Assembly: GCF_001194135.2 (NCBI RefSeq)
Contig: NC_068982.1
Location: 75,983,214 to 76,047,213, forward strand
Length of the DNA stretch: 64,000 bases
Reading direction: 5' to 3'
Source: Octopus bimaculoides
Taxonomy: Eukaryota
The position numbers and the translations under genes were made by a program. The notes under the pieces are model-generated. The model was not told the DNA's origin. It saw only the letters and a program-made list of their open reading frames with translations, and made no database searches. Of the stretch, positions 1-12,850 are shown piece after piece (positions within the stretch are counted from its first letter, which is position 1; each line of letters starts with the position of its first letter).

Positions 1-37
<37 letters not shown>

Positions 38-392
38 TTGGGAAGCTTTCCTGAAATATAATAATCTTTATTGGCATCACCATACATATTTTGCTGAACT
101 TATCTGCAGTGCTTAATATTCTTCTTAAAAATATTTATATCATTTACACTTTGCAGTGCTTCACACAAATTACAGAACTCTTAAAAGATTAGATTTAAAT
201 GATTCAGCCATGGGGAAAAGAGTTTTAAATTGATTTTGTATAAATTTATTTTTTTAGCTGGCTTTTAGCAAATCCTTCTTAGCTGGACTCTGTTACTGTT
301 AAAACTAAATAACTTGAACCTTTTATTTTCTATATTCGTTTTACTTTTCAGCAAAACCTTGATAATATTGGAATATTTCTATTATTTTCTAG

Positions 393-515
393 CATTGGCT
401 GTTGCACTGAAGCAAGCTAAAACAGAAGAATTTGTTCAGTACCAAAAGCAAGTTCTGTGTAATGCTCATGTAATGGCAGAAGAATTTATAGCACGAGGTT
501 ACACTCTGGCCACAG
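393..515 (+). CDS. SHMT: Serine hydroxymethyltransferase, internal coding exon (123 bp, phase 1/1); upstream exons lie outside the window
   Basis: Acceptor ttttctag at 385-392 and donor G|gtatat at 516. Translates (A)LAVALKQAKTEEFVQYQKQVLCNAHVMAEEFIARGYTLAT(G), matching the SHMT segment VAVALKQA...YQxQVxxN...GY. Confidence 0.95.
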
Positions 516-1508
516 GTATATCTCTTTTTTTTTAAATTCCAAACCATTTTACACATATGAATATTTTTATTTGCATTACTTTTTGAGCAGAACTGACTGA
601 ACTGAACCCAGTAATGTTCATTACTGAAGAGAATAATGTTTCTTATCTATTGATTAATCCATTAATCAGAACTAGCTGGATCCATGAATATTTTGTGTTT
701 CTCTTATTTTAGTGTTGTGTAGCCATAGTTCACCTCTGGTTGAGCAAACCTATAATAAGCAGCTAGTCAGATGAATGAAGTAGCATAAATCATGGATCCC
801 TCTACTCAGTTATTCCATTGCTCTGTCTATATGAGAATTATGCTGCATATTCTATCATAGTGTTACAAATCATATGGGATGCTGAGCATGTGAACATGGT
901 ATAATCACTATGCCAAGCTTGGACAACTTATTTGAGAAGTAGGCTGCATGAGACATGACTCATTATCTAGCAGGCTGCACTACTAGAGTTAAATTAAAGG
1001 TAATTTTTTTTATTTAGGTCTGCTATTCAGAAGGGTCCTGTGGGCTGCATGTTGCCCATATCTCTACTATACTATCCAGTCTATTGTTGTTTACCCTCAG
1101 GTTGCGATCATTCATCTGTTCAGGCTGTGATCATCCTATCATTTTGTATATTTAGTCCTCCTTCATTATACAATATGTGTAGCACAATATGGCATGGCTG
1201 AACAGTTAAGAAGTTTGCTTTGCAACCCCAGTGTACTGGGCTCAATCTCAATGTATGGTAGCTTAGGCAAGTATCTGGAATGGCACTTAATTCTCTTTCT
1301 CCTTTGTTGATTTAACTGTAGAAAATAAGTTCCAGATTTTTCTTTGAAAGTTACTTGTGATGTGACTAATATTCCAGAATTATTTTTATGGATTCTCTAG
1401 AATCCATAAAAAAGATTGATCATCATTGCCTCCATCACCACCACAACTATCACAATCATCACTATTATCATCTTGTTAACTGTGTTTTTCTGTTTCTTTC
1501 CCTGCTAG

Positions 1509-1736
1509 GTGGCACTGAAAACCATTTAGTTCTTTTGGATTTACGTCCAGATCAATTGGATGGTGCCTCTGTTGAAAGGATCCTTGAAGAGATAAATATT
1601 GCTGTCAATAAAAATACCTGCCCTGGGGACAAGTCTGCCTTGAAACCCAGCGGTATACGTATTGGAACCCCTGCCCTAACATCACGAATGTTTAAAGAAA
1701 ACGATTTCAAACAAGTTGTTGAATTTATCCATCAAG
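1509..1736 (+). CDS. SHMT: Serine hydroxymethyltransferase, penultimate coding exon (228 bp, phase 1/1)
   Basis: Acceptor ccctgctag ending 1508 and donor G|gtcagt at 1737. Translates [76 protein letters not shown](G), with the hallmark SHMT motifs NKNTCPGD and [12 protein letters not shown]. Phase is compatible with both neighbouring exons. Confidence 0.98.
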
Positions 1737-2139
1737 GTCAGTTTTTCAGTCATTTATTATTATTATTTTTTTGTTTTGTTTTGTTAGTACAGGCATGGCT
1801 GTGTGGTTTGGAGATTTGTTTTCCAACCACATGGATTAGAGTTTTGCCTTACTGCATAGTAAACTACAGTCCGTGTGTGCATATATATGTGTGTGTTTAT
1901 GTATATATCTCTCTCTCTATGTATATATATGTTTGTATGTATGTCATCATTTTTATGTCCTTTTTTCTATGCTTGCATGAATCAGGTGGAATTTGAGGCA
2001 GATTTTCTACAACTAGATACTCATTCTCTCACCAACCCTAATCCTGATACTTTCTTATTGTTCTTATCTTTATTATTGATGTTGATGCTGTTGTTGTCAG
2101 TACTATTGTGGTAAGGACCTTCTCCACCACCATCTGTTG

Positions 2140-2440
2140 TCACTATCTTAACTGCTATTGTCATCAATATCATTGCCATTGTCATCTTTGTCGTCGCCGT
2201 TGTCATCTTCGTCGTCATCTTTGTCATCTTCATCATCGCCGTTGTCGTCTTCGTCATCGCCGTTGTCGTCTTCGTCATCGTCTTTGTCATCTTCGTCGTT
2301 GTCATCTTCATCATCGTCTTTGTCATCGCCGTTGTCATCATCGTCGTTGTCGTTATCGTTGTTGTCGTTATCGTTGTTGTCGCCGTCGTCATCTTCGTCA
2401 CCGCCGTTGTCATCGCCGTTGTCCTTTTCGTCATCTCCAG
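2140..2440. repeat. Intronic low-complexity trinucleotide mosaic (GTC/ATC/TTC/GCC)
   Basis: Recurrent ttcgtcatcgccgttgtcgtc units; source of spurious poly-Ser, poly-Thr and Arg/His/Cys ORFs. Confidence 0.85.
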
Positions 2441-3267
2441 TGATGTATAATTGCTTTAGTTGGTATTAATATCTTTATCACAAGAAACTTTGATACCCTG
2501 TCATTGCTATCCATATCACTCTCGCCTACTCACACACCCATCCACTCACAGCCATCTCTTATCTTGTGTTGCCACCTTCACAGCTTTATCATTGCTGTGA
2601 CACCCCCTCCTCTTTCCATACTTAATTCATTTTGCAATCGATGCCATATTCTTCGTTGTCATCACCGACCTTGACTGTTATTTCCACCATCACCACTGCC
2701 ACCACCTCACAATAAGTCCCTCACTGATGTTATCCACTCATTATCGTCATTAATTGTTGTTGCCATTAACACAATGGAGCTTTCCTCTACTCTCCCGTCA
2801 CCACATCACTCCTGCACTGTTGTGACTGACCATCACTGCTGCTCATTGTTTGGTTTGTCATCGTCGTTAACAGATTTTAGTACACGAGGGAGTGCTGCAA
2901 TAATTTTACTGAAAATGTTTGATTAACTATTGCAGTCTTTCTGATAATCCAACACTTCATGTTCCCTTTCTTTATATGTTCCTGCTAATATTTTTATCCT
3001 TATCTCTTTCTCTTCATCTTGTTCTCTGTCCATATTTTGTTGGTTTATATTTTTTGTTGCTTTATATTTTGAAATTTATTTGTTATTTTATTCTCATACT
3101 GCAGAAAAAAATAATGGATAAACCAATGGGAGAAAGCTTGAACAATAGCACTTCAACCTGTTAGATAGTAACAGAACAGCCAAAAACATCCTTAACCCTT
3201 TTGTTACCATATTTCTGTTGAAAGACGCTTTTTGTTTCAATTAATTTTTAAAATTATGAAAAATTTA

Positions 3268-3424
3268 CAGGTGGTCATGTGGTAAGAAGTTTGCTTCCCA
3301 ACAACATGGTTCCGAGTTCAGTCCCACTCCATAGCAAATTGGGCAAGTGTCTTCTACAATAACCTCAGGCTAACCAAAGTCTTGGGAGTGGATTTGGTTG
3401 ATGGAAATTGAAAAAAGCCTGTCG

Positions 3425-3427
<3 letters not shown>
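3268..3427 (+). mobile_element. tRNA-derived SINE, head and body fragment
   Basis: A-box-like tggtcatgtggtaag and B-box-like gagttcagtccc, followed by a body (gggcaagtgtcttctac...gtggatttggt...gaaa) that recurs elsewhere in the window. Confidence 0.65.
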
Positions 3428-3477
<50 letters not shown>

Positions 3478-4036
3478 CTGAGGATGAAAGTAAACAAAGT
3501 TTGCTTTATAAGCGTTGAGGTGTATTGAAAGATACAGAAATAATTTATTCTCAAATGCATGACAATGCTAATACAATAGCATGCACAGGATAACCTATCC
3601 ATATATTGCAGAAAAAATCATTACTGGCCAGCCATGATACTTGAACTTATATCCCTGTGATTATGCATTAAGTGCTTTACCTTTAAGCTAAATTGCCCAG
3701 TAATGAATTGTTCTGCAATTTTAGGATTTATAAATCTAGCTTTATAAGACGCTAACGTTAAATTCAACTTGCAATTTTTTCTACAATATATGGATAGTTT
3801 ATCCTGTTTATGCTATTGTATTAGCATTATCACGCATTTGAGAAAAAATTATTTCTGNNNNNNNNNNNNNNNNNNNNNNNNNNNNNNNNNNNNNNNNNNN
3901 NNNNNNNNNNNNNNNNNNNNNNNNNNNNNNNNNNNNNNNNNNNNNNNNNNNNNNNNNNNNNNNNNNNNNNNNNNNNNNNNNNNNNNNNNNNNNNNNNNNN
4001 NNNNNNNNNNNNNNNNNNNNNNNNNNNNNNNNNNNN

Positions 4037-4960
4037 GTGCGGGTGACACATGAAATTTTTCAAGCGAGATCGTTGCCAGTGCCCCTGGACTGGCTCTTGT
4101 GCGGGGCCGTCGTAGGATTTTCGAGCGAGATGGTTGCCAGTGCCCCTGGGCTGGCTCTTGTGCGGGTGACACATGAAATTTTTCGAGCGAGATCGTTGCC
4201 AGTACCCCTGATCTGGCTTTTGTGCGGGACCGTTGTAGGATTTTCGAGTGAGATCGTTGCCAGTGCTCCTGGATTGGCTCATGTGCGGGTGACACATGAA
4301 ATGCACCATTTTGGGCGTGGCCATTGCCAGTGCCGCCTGGCTGACCTTCGTGGGATTTTCGATCGAGATTGTTGCCAGTGCCCCTGGACTGGCTCTTGTG
4401 CGGGTGACACATGAAATTTTTCAAGCGAGATCGTTGCCAGTGCCCCTGGACTGGCTCTTGTNNNNNNNNNNNNNNNNNNNNNNNNNNNNNNNNNNNNNNN
4501 NNNNNNNNNNNNNNNNNNNNNNNNNNNNNNNNNNNNNNNNNNNNNNNNNNNNNNNNNNNNNNNNNNNNNNNNNNNNNNNNNNNNNNNNNNNNNNNNNNNN
4601 NNNNNNNNNNNNNNNNNNNNNNNNNNNNNNNNNNNNNNNNNNNNNNNNNNNNNNNNNNNNNNNNNNNNNNNNNNNNNNNNNNNNNNNNNNNNNNNNNNNN
4701 NNNNNNNNNNNNNNNNNNNNNNNNNNNNNNNNNNNNNNNNNNNNNNNNNNNNNNNNNNNNNNNNNNNNNNNNNNNNNNNGCACCATTTTGAGCGTGACCG
4801 TTGCCAGTGCCGCCTGGCTGGCCTTTGTGGGATTTTCGAGCAAGATCGTTGCCAGTGCCCCTGGCCTGGCTCTTGTGCGGGTGGCACATAAAATGCACCA
4901 TTTTGAGCGTGGCCGTTGCCAGTACCGCCTGACTGGCCTTCGTGCGGGTGACACGTAAAA
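4037..4960 (+). repeat. ~61-66 bp GC-rich minisatellite array, interrupted by two N gaps
   Basis: Units such as gtgcgggtgacacatgaaatttttcaagcgagatcgttgccagtgcccctggactggctctt, alternating with variant units. Confidence 0.95.
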
Positions 4961-5125
4961 ACACCCACTGCACTCTCTGAGTGGTTGGCGTTAGGAAGGG
5001 CATCCAGCTGTAGAAACTCCGCCAAATTAGATTGGAGCCTGGTGTAGCCATTTGGTTTCACCAGTCCTCAGTCAAATCGTCCAATCCATGCTAGCATGGA
5101 AAGTGGACGTTAAACGATGATGATG
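4942..5125 (+). mobile_element. 3' tail of an RTE-type LINE, ending in (GAT)n
   Basis: cacccactgcactctctgagtggttggcgttaggaagggcatccagctgtagaaac...ccatgctagcatggaaagtggacgttaaacgatgatgatgat. This is homologous to the reverse-complement tail of the RTE copy at 18053-18230. Confidence 0.85.
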
Positions 5126-5613
5126 ATATATATATATATATATATCTGTGTGTGTCTTTCATCTCTCCTTTTCCGCTATTTGTTTTCTTATGCTTATCCA
5201 CATATATATATTTTTCCAATCTCTCCTTTCCTAAGCACTCAATACTCCATCTTAATTCTTTTCTTGCTTCCCTTGTTAGTGGATTTGGCAGACGGAAAGT
5301 GAAAGAAGCACATTGTGTGTGTGTGTGTAGGCCTGTGTCTTTGTGTCCCACCACCATTTGACAACTGTTGTGTTTATATCCCCGTGACTTAGTGGTTCAG
5401 CAAAAGACACTGATAGAATAAGTATCTGGCTTACAAAAAAAAATGAACTGGAGTTGATTCATTTAAGTTCAAGTCCTCGAAAGCGATGCTCCAGCATGAC
5501 TGCAATCTGATGACTGAAACAAAGACAAACAAGTAAAATATCAAGAGGAGGACACACACACACACATGCATGCACACGCACGCACGCACACACGCACACA
5601 CACACACACACAT

Positions 5614-5686
<73 letters not shown>

Positions 5687-6228
5687 CCATAATGTTAAAC
5701 CATTATGCTGCTGCTGATATATGATATAATACAATAGTTCAGTTATAAAATGTTTCTGAGAACAAAAATATGTTTCTTATTACCATGCAGCATTGCACTT
5801 CATACTTACAGTTCGAACTGGAAAGAGAGACAAAAGGCTCAATTGCTCACAAAAACATTTGAATAAGATTTAGCTATGTTTTGAGGTTCACAAAGAAGAC
5901 CTTAGTGGCCTAGTAGCTGTTGACTCTTGCTGTCTTAGAAGACAGTTGTCTCAAGTGGTGTGGAGTGGGATTGAGCCTGAAACTGTGTGGCTGTGAAGTG
6001 AGACATCTTAACTGCACAGCCATGCCTGTGCCTATATGCATGTATGCCTGTAGGTGTCTGTGTTTGTATATGTATGTATGTTTGTGTCTCTCTCTCTCTA
6101 TATATATAAACTAGATATGTACATGCTTGTATGTGTATATGTTTGTGCATGCATGCATGTGTATATATAGAAGTGTACATATTTGAGTGTGTATATGTAT
6201 GCATATGTGAATATTTGTGTTGTGTGTT

Positions 6229-6265
<37 letters not shown>

Positions 6266-7229
6266 GTATAATATCTAAAAGGAACTCTCTAGAAAGACAT
6301 TAGGTGTAACTTAATCATGCAATTCAATTCACTCTGTAACTTTTTATTGTTTCTCCCCTCCCTTTCCCTCCACCTCCTCTGTCGTACCTTCACATCAACA
6401 TAAGGTTTATTTTGAAAGACGATCTTGCGAAATCCTGTAAAAGTGTTAAGTGCCAATTTCAAAAATTGTTTCTTCATCTTGGCACTATTCCGTCATTTTT
6501 GTCAGTTTTCATATTTTTTCACCTCCCTTATGCTTGTTTAACCATGCGAAAAATTCTAATATAGCTTCTGTTTTTTTTTTTATTAAGAAAATTCTTTTAT
6601 CTATATACATTTTTTATCTTTTGTTATATTATTTTTGTATTTTCTTCATTGTTTTATTACATTTTGTTCATTTTATCTTTTCTGTTCTTGTCATCATATG
6701 TCCATTTTCCATGATTGCATGGGTTGTATGAAGTTTACTGAGGTAGATATTTTTATGGTTGGATGCCCTTTCTATCACCAACCCTCACCTGTTTCCAAGT
6801 TAGCTATATTTTCTCATGACCAGGCTTTTGCAGAATATTGGAAATGAATGACACTGCTTGTATGACAGTGACACTCAATTACAACTATCAAGCAATATCA
6901 TGACAAGGTGACACACACACACACATTCATACACATTCATACAACAGATTTCTTTCAGTTTCTATCTACCAAATTCACTCACAAGGCTTTGGTTGGTGTA
7001 GAGCCATAGTAGAAGACACTTGCCTAAAATCATGTGTTAGCTGAATGTATATTATTGAACCATTTTTTTTCCAATCAGATGCCCTTTATGATGCCATATT
7101 CATGATATAGTATTTCACACGTTTCTAAATGGTTAAAGTAATTTTATCTCCATATCTTGTCTGTGACATTGTCTTATTACCATATTCTTCCGCTCCAGAA
7201 TCAGTTACCATTTTTGGCACTTCAGTACT

Positions 7230-7449
7230 TTAACCCATTAGCATTTAAACCAGCAATATCCTGCCCTAATATTCTACTTGTTTTATGTTCAAACTGGCTA
7301 TATCTGGCTTCTCACACCTACCCTGCAGTGTTATTCTGAAAGTAAGCAATCACATCTCAAAGCCATGAGATAATGCAGGATTAATTCGAAACACTATGAA
7401 TAAATAAGCCTTACATTTAACAGAATAATCTGAATGCCAAGGGGTTTAA
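7230..7449. mobile_element. piggyBac-type MITE (TTAA target), older copy
   Basis: TTAA-CCCATTAGCA...TGCCAAGGGG-TTTAA; internally homologous to 16492-16712. Confidence 0.75.
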
Positions 7450-7750
7450 TTCTTTACCTCCCACTGTAGCTCTCTCTCTCTCTCTCTCTACTATCTCTGT
7501 CTTCTCTCTCTATATTTCACCACTGACATGTTGTTGCTGCCTTTTCTTCTTTACTGCTCTCGCTCTCTCTCTCTTTTTTCTCCCTCCATTTGTTCCCTTA
7601 CTGCTAACTTTCTCACTATTTTTCTTTTTCTTACCACCTCCCTATGTTCTGTATACCTCTACTTTTAGTGCCTCTTTCTAGCATCTCTGTATCTTACTCA
7701 CTATTGTCTCATTCACCCCCTTACCATCTCTCCACCTCTTACTCTCTCTT

Positions 7751-7803
<53 letters not shown>

Positions 7804-8639
7804 ACCTATCCTTACCATCATGCTCTTCCTTTCTCATTTCATGCTCTCCCCTCCTTCCTTTTATTTTTCTTTCTTATGTTCATGACTCCACTTCTCTCAT
7901 CTCACATCCAATTTACCGCCTTCCCACTCCTATTCACGCCTACACCTAACCTGTTCTTTTGTTTCATCCTCCATTTCCCCCGACCCCATCTCATACCACT
8001 GATCCCCAAATTTCTTGCACTATCTTGTCCCTCTCCTTTTCTCTTTGTACCTTTCTCTCCACTTTTCTTTCTCTGTTTTCCCATCTCTCTCTCTCTCTCT
8101 CCCTCTACCACTATTTCCATAATAATTAATATTACCCAGGTTCTGTGTTTTACACTCATACTCACACATTATACACTCTCCCCTTCTCTCTTTCTCTTTA
8201 TGTATATATAAATAAATATAAAACATCCTCATCATTTGCCATGCTTGATTGAGTCAGATAAAACTGATTGAGGCAGATTTTCTCTGGATGGATGTTCTTC
8301 CTGTTACCAGTTTAGGTAATATTTCCTTTAGTCATTTGAGCATGCATGAGCAGCTCTGTGGCCAAGCATGTTTCCATGGAATACTGCAAAACGAATGAGA
8401 CTTCCTTTACAATCAGCACAAATGTCAAAAGGTCTCTATACACATGTTATCATCATTCTTTTAATGTTTATTTCTCCATACTTGCATGGGTGAGATGGAA
8501 TTCATTCAGGCAGATTTTCTGTGATTGGATGCCCTTCTTGTCACCAACCACCACCTATTTCCTAGCAATAAAATATTTCCCCTTAGCAGCACATGTTTCC
8601 ACAGAATATTGGAAATGAACAACAACACAGTAGTAAAAG

Positions 8640-10085
8640 CCATGCATCAAGGCCAAAAGTGAATAGCAAGACAACTTCCACAACAAAAGCAGGCATGCTT
8701 CTGCCTGGGAAGTTCTGAAGGATTTTGCCAACAAGAATACTTCACTAGTGATCCACATTTGGGTGAAATCTGACCAGCATATTGATGCCTGGTGTTTTAG
8801 CACTTACAAATTGCTTCTTGGTAAAACAGAAATCTGCAATGCTAAATGTTGACAATTCTTTCACCACAGTGTAACAGTCTGTTGATTCAGACTGGCCCAT
8901 TCACCATAGAAGTAGTTTAGAAATGCTTAAGGAAGTTGAGAAACATCAAGATACCAGGTTCAGATATCATCCCATCAACCTTCTTGATGGGATTCAACTT
9001 CCAGTAAATGATCATCACCTACCTCAGAACTACAGAAGAATCACTCTCTTACCTCCAGCCTAAAAAAATCTACAACTCTATGCTCCTTAATAGAATTTCT
9101 CCCACACATTAATTTCATCCTAAGATAGCCAAAGGCAGATCAAGACTCCCACTGATCCTTGCCCTTAAAATAATCATAGAAAAGCTCAGGCTCTCCAAGC
9201 AAGAAACATCCATTGCATTTGGGGATTTTTCCAATGCTTTTGATAGTGTCCAGAGGAAGGCTATGATCAGAGAAAGACTATCCTGTTGAATTTTGGTATC
9301 CCAGATGAAATTGTCAGAGCTATCATTTTCATGAATGAAAACCCACCAAGTTTGGCAAGCCCTTAGTGATTGTGATAGGCCATTAGTGATTGTGATGTTG
9401 ACTCCATCCGAAACAAAGGGATGAAGTTGTCAGCAGAGCCTGAATCTTTCTAACCATGATTATGTTGATGAATTTTCCCTAACAGCTAATCAACTGTTTG
9501 ATGTACAAGACTTGTTAACATCTTTTGAGAATGCTTCTGTTTTCCAATGTGAAGAAGACTAGATATATGACCATCAATGCTGATGAAAGACATTTACCAA
9601 TTTGTTCATACAATAGAAAAACAATTCAAAGAGGTCAATGACTAAGTACCTTGAGTCCTATGTTACTGATAGTAAGAAAGATTTGACTTGCAAGGGACAA
9701 GCCTGGGTACCTGTAACAAGCTTCCAAATATGTGGCATCAAGTATTTCAGAATTCATGAAGGCTGGCCTTCTTCAAGGTATAAGTAAAGAATTTTCTTTG
9801 TAGTACAGGAACTTGGAAAATGAAGGAGGAGTTTCAAAATTACTTTGATACTACAAACATCAGATTTCTTACGAAGGCTCAAAACCTCTCTTTGCATGAG
9901 CACAAAACCAATGAGATTTATGAACACATTTCTCACATCTCTACTATTGCTGCTCAATGAAGGGTAGGCTTTGCTGGACACTGCTATCTTGGTGAACAAC
10001 AGATGCTATATATATTATCAAATGCTATATTTTGGGGACTTCCACAACTCCAACACTCTAATAAAGGACCAAGACCACTCAACTA
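8640..10085 (+). mobile_element. Degenerate non-LTR retrotransposon (RTE-like RT and C-terminus) in the SHMT intron
   Basis: Frameshifted RT motifs QNYRRITLLPPA (~9025), KIYNSMLLNRI, IAFGDFSNAFDSV (~9225), DYVDEFSL (~9460, YADD-like) and FAGHCYL (~9970). Confidence 0.8.
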
Positions 10086-10089
10086 CATT

Positions 10090-10375
10090 AAAAAAAAACT
10101 GGCACTCTGTTGGTTACGATGGCAAGGATTCCAGTTGATCTGATCAGTGGAACAACCTGCTTGTTACTGCACATGACTGAGCACTCCATAGACATGCATA
10201 CCCTTAACATAGTTCTCAGGGTCATTTAGAGTGAAACAGAATGTGACTAGGCTGGTCTTTTGAATTAAAGGTACTACTCAATTTTGCCAGCTGAGTGGAT
10301 TGGAGCAAAGTAAAGTATTGAGTCTTGCTCAAGGGCAATACGCTGCTGGGAATTGAGCTCACGACCTTATGTGCA
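10090..10375 (-). mobile_element. tRNA-derived SINE, antisense copy
   Basis: Reverse complement of the family at 12851-13175 (ccagctgagtggattggagcaa, cttgctcaaggg, gggaattgagctcacgacc). Confidence 0.75.
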
Positions 10376-11379
10376 CCTTCATACCACATTAATGTTATTT
10401 GTAGAAATATAAAATGAACCCTTTTGTTATATTTCTGTTGAAATACTCATCCTGCTTTTCTATTAATTTTGAAAGTAATGAAGAATTTAGTAAAATAATT
10501 TTGTCATTATTAAGCTAGTGTTTGGAACAAAACTTTAACATGTAATTTTAGATCCCTTTCAAAGTGGAAATTTGTGTCACAGACCCAGGGGTGGTCCCAG
10601 GCTGGTTGGTAACAAAAGGAAGTAACAGATTCTTGGCATGGTGAAAGACATCTCGGTTGTGACTATGTAAAGCAGAGGTTGCAACAGACAGTGGTTCAAA
10701 GGGAGCTCATGTCTTCAATGTTTCCCTAAAAATAAGGGATATATGCAAAGTCAATGTTTTCAAAAAGGATTTAGAGGCTATTCATAATCCCTGCTGAACT
10801 TCCTATGGGGCAAGATGAGAGCCACATTGTCAAACGGCCTCATTCATCAAATATTGAGGGCAAGGTTGAAAAGACCAGGAATGACCACAGCTGGTTGGTT
10901 GAAATTAATAAAAAGATACATGAATACATTATCTATCTGCCAGTCTGTTTCTCTACACATATACCCACATTATATGTATACACACATTAGTTATATACAG
11001 GCATACGCATATGCACACATAATGTATGTATACATACATGCATCTGGACATATACAGGCACATATTACATATGCATTACAAACACACACACACACACACA
11101 CAGTGGAAATGATCAGTTATTTTGGTCTTTTGTGGCCAAATGTTCTATTCACTGACTTTTTTTAAACACTCATTGTTTTCTCAGGATGGTCAATGGCATG
11201 TGTGTGTGTGTGTGTGTCTGTCTGTTGTCAATGACCCATGAAAGTATATGTCTGTGGTCAATGAGCCATGGATATATGTGTGGTGTGTGAGATTGTTTCG
11301 AATTATCAATTATCAGTGCCATCATAGGCATCAAGTTTATCGTCATCATTGTCCGTGTTAGCATCACTGTCTATTCTTT

Positions 11380-11416
<37 letters not shown>

Positions 11417-12220
11417 TCTTTTGTCTGCATCAGTGATGATAATCATCCCTCATCCGCTTCAATTTTATCACCATCATCATCACCACCATCCCCATCATAA
11501 CCATCACTATCATCGTCACCATCACAATCTTCTGCTTCTTCCTCCTTTTTTATTTTTCTCCATATCATTGTCAGTGTCATTTTTCATACCCTCACAGATG
11601 TGCTGGCACCATCATCATCACCATCACTATTGCTGTAATGTTCTTTGGTGGCTTCAGTGTCATCATCGTTGTGTGTCATTAACATCACCTCCTACCCAAC
11701 ACTCCTCCTGCCACTGCTCCTCCCCCACACCGCTTTCCATCATCATTTGTTGTCATTACAACTGTTTTAGGTGGGTAGGAAGAGCTGTATCAGTGTAATA
11801 ACCATTCCATTCACATTAATGTCAGGGTCTCTCTCACCTCCTCATCTTCCCCTATCCTTGTGGTCATCATCCTCACCACCACCACCACCACCATTGTCAT
11901 TGCTCTTCCTTTCTCTCTTTATCACTGTATCAAAACTACTGCCAACAATGTGTATATATGTGTGTGTTTGATGTGTTTAAGTGTATGTGTTTAATGGTGT
12001 GTGTTGATGGCCAGGACTGGATACAGAATAAATGTCTTTTGTGATTTATTAGATAAGAAACGGTCAGTTTTGCTATCAATTAAGGATGGAAGGTAGGAGA
12101 ATGTAATTATTAAGGAGGCAGCGTAGGGTCATTCACTCTTACCCCACCTGTGACATGGAGGGGAGGGACAAGTGAGTGGGGTGGAAGAAACTTCATCTTT
12201 TCACCTCACATCTTTTTATT

Positions 12221-12728
12221 TTGAAAGGTGGGCTGAAAAGTTCATAGGCTGGCTATGAAGGAGTGATGCTAGTGCTGTGAAATCTGGCATGCATTATTTT
12301 CAACTCTTCTTAATAACTGCATTGTTTCTTTCCAGGTAAACTGACTGTTCAAAGAAGACTTCAAAAGTAACTAGTAGCAACTTCTTTTGAAAATGGACAA
12401 AATATGGTATCATGGTGTTATGCAGTACCTGCAGAAAAAGGGTTTGACCTTTAAGGACATTCATACTGACATGGTTGCTATATTAGTGATGATGGTCAAC
12501 AGTGCAAAAGTGGGCAGCTGAATTTAGGAGGGAAAGGGAGAGTCTTAAAGATGACCCGATGTCTGGACGTCCTGCAACCACTGATAGAAGAAGCTTCACC
12601 TTTTCACTGCATCACTGATGGAAGAAGAGTTGACTGCAAGGGGGACTATGTTGAAAAATAAGCCTCATTTGGTCACATTCCATGAGAGTATCTTAGTTAG
12701 CCTATGAACTTTTCAGCTGACCCTCATA
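12221..12728 (+). mobile_element. Internally deleted mariner element
   Basis: ~30-bp TIRs ggtgggctgaaaagttcataggct / agcctatgaacttttcagctgaccctcata. ATG at 12393 gives MDKIWYHGVMQYLQKKGLTFKDIHTDMV...STVQKWAAEFRRERESLKDDPMSGRPATT, joined to the typical mariner C-terminus CKGDYVEK*. Confidence 0.9.
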
Positions 12729-12850
12729 TTTAGATTACACTCTTTTAGGAATGGTAGCCATCTATAGAAATGCTGTTAAAGCAGACATTGGAGCACAATG
12801 GTAGCAGTCATCTGGTTTGTTGGATTCTATCGAACTATCCATCCCATTGT

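Noticed and set aside
2021-2469. Overlapping 100-137 aa ORFs on both strands (poly-Ser, poly-Thr, Arg/His/Cys-rich)
   Set aside because: Products of an intronic trinucleotide mosaic; no splice-compatible context or domain.
3830-5061. Long ORFs (up to 400 aa) and a regularly repeated unit that might suggest a CRISPR array
   Set aside because: The ORFs run through N gaps and a minisatellite. Units are contiguous, with no unique spacers and no cas genes, and the DNA is eukaryotic.
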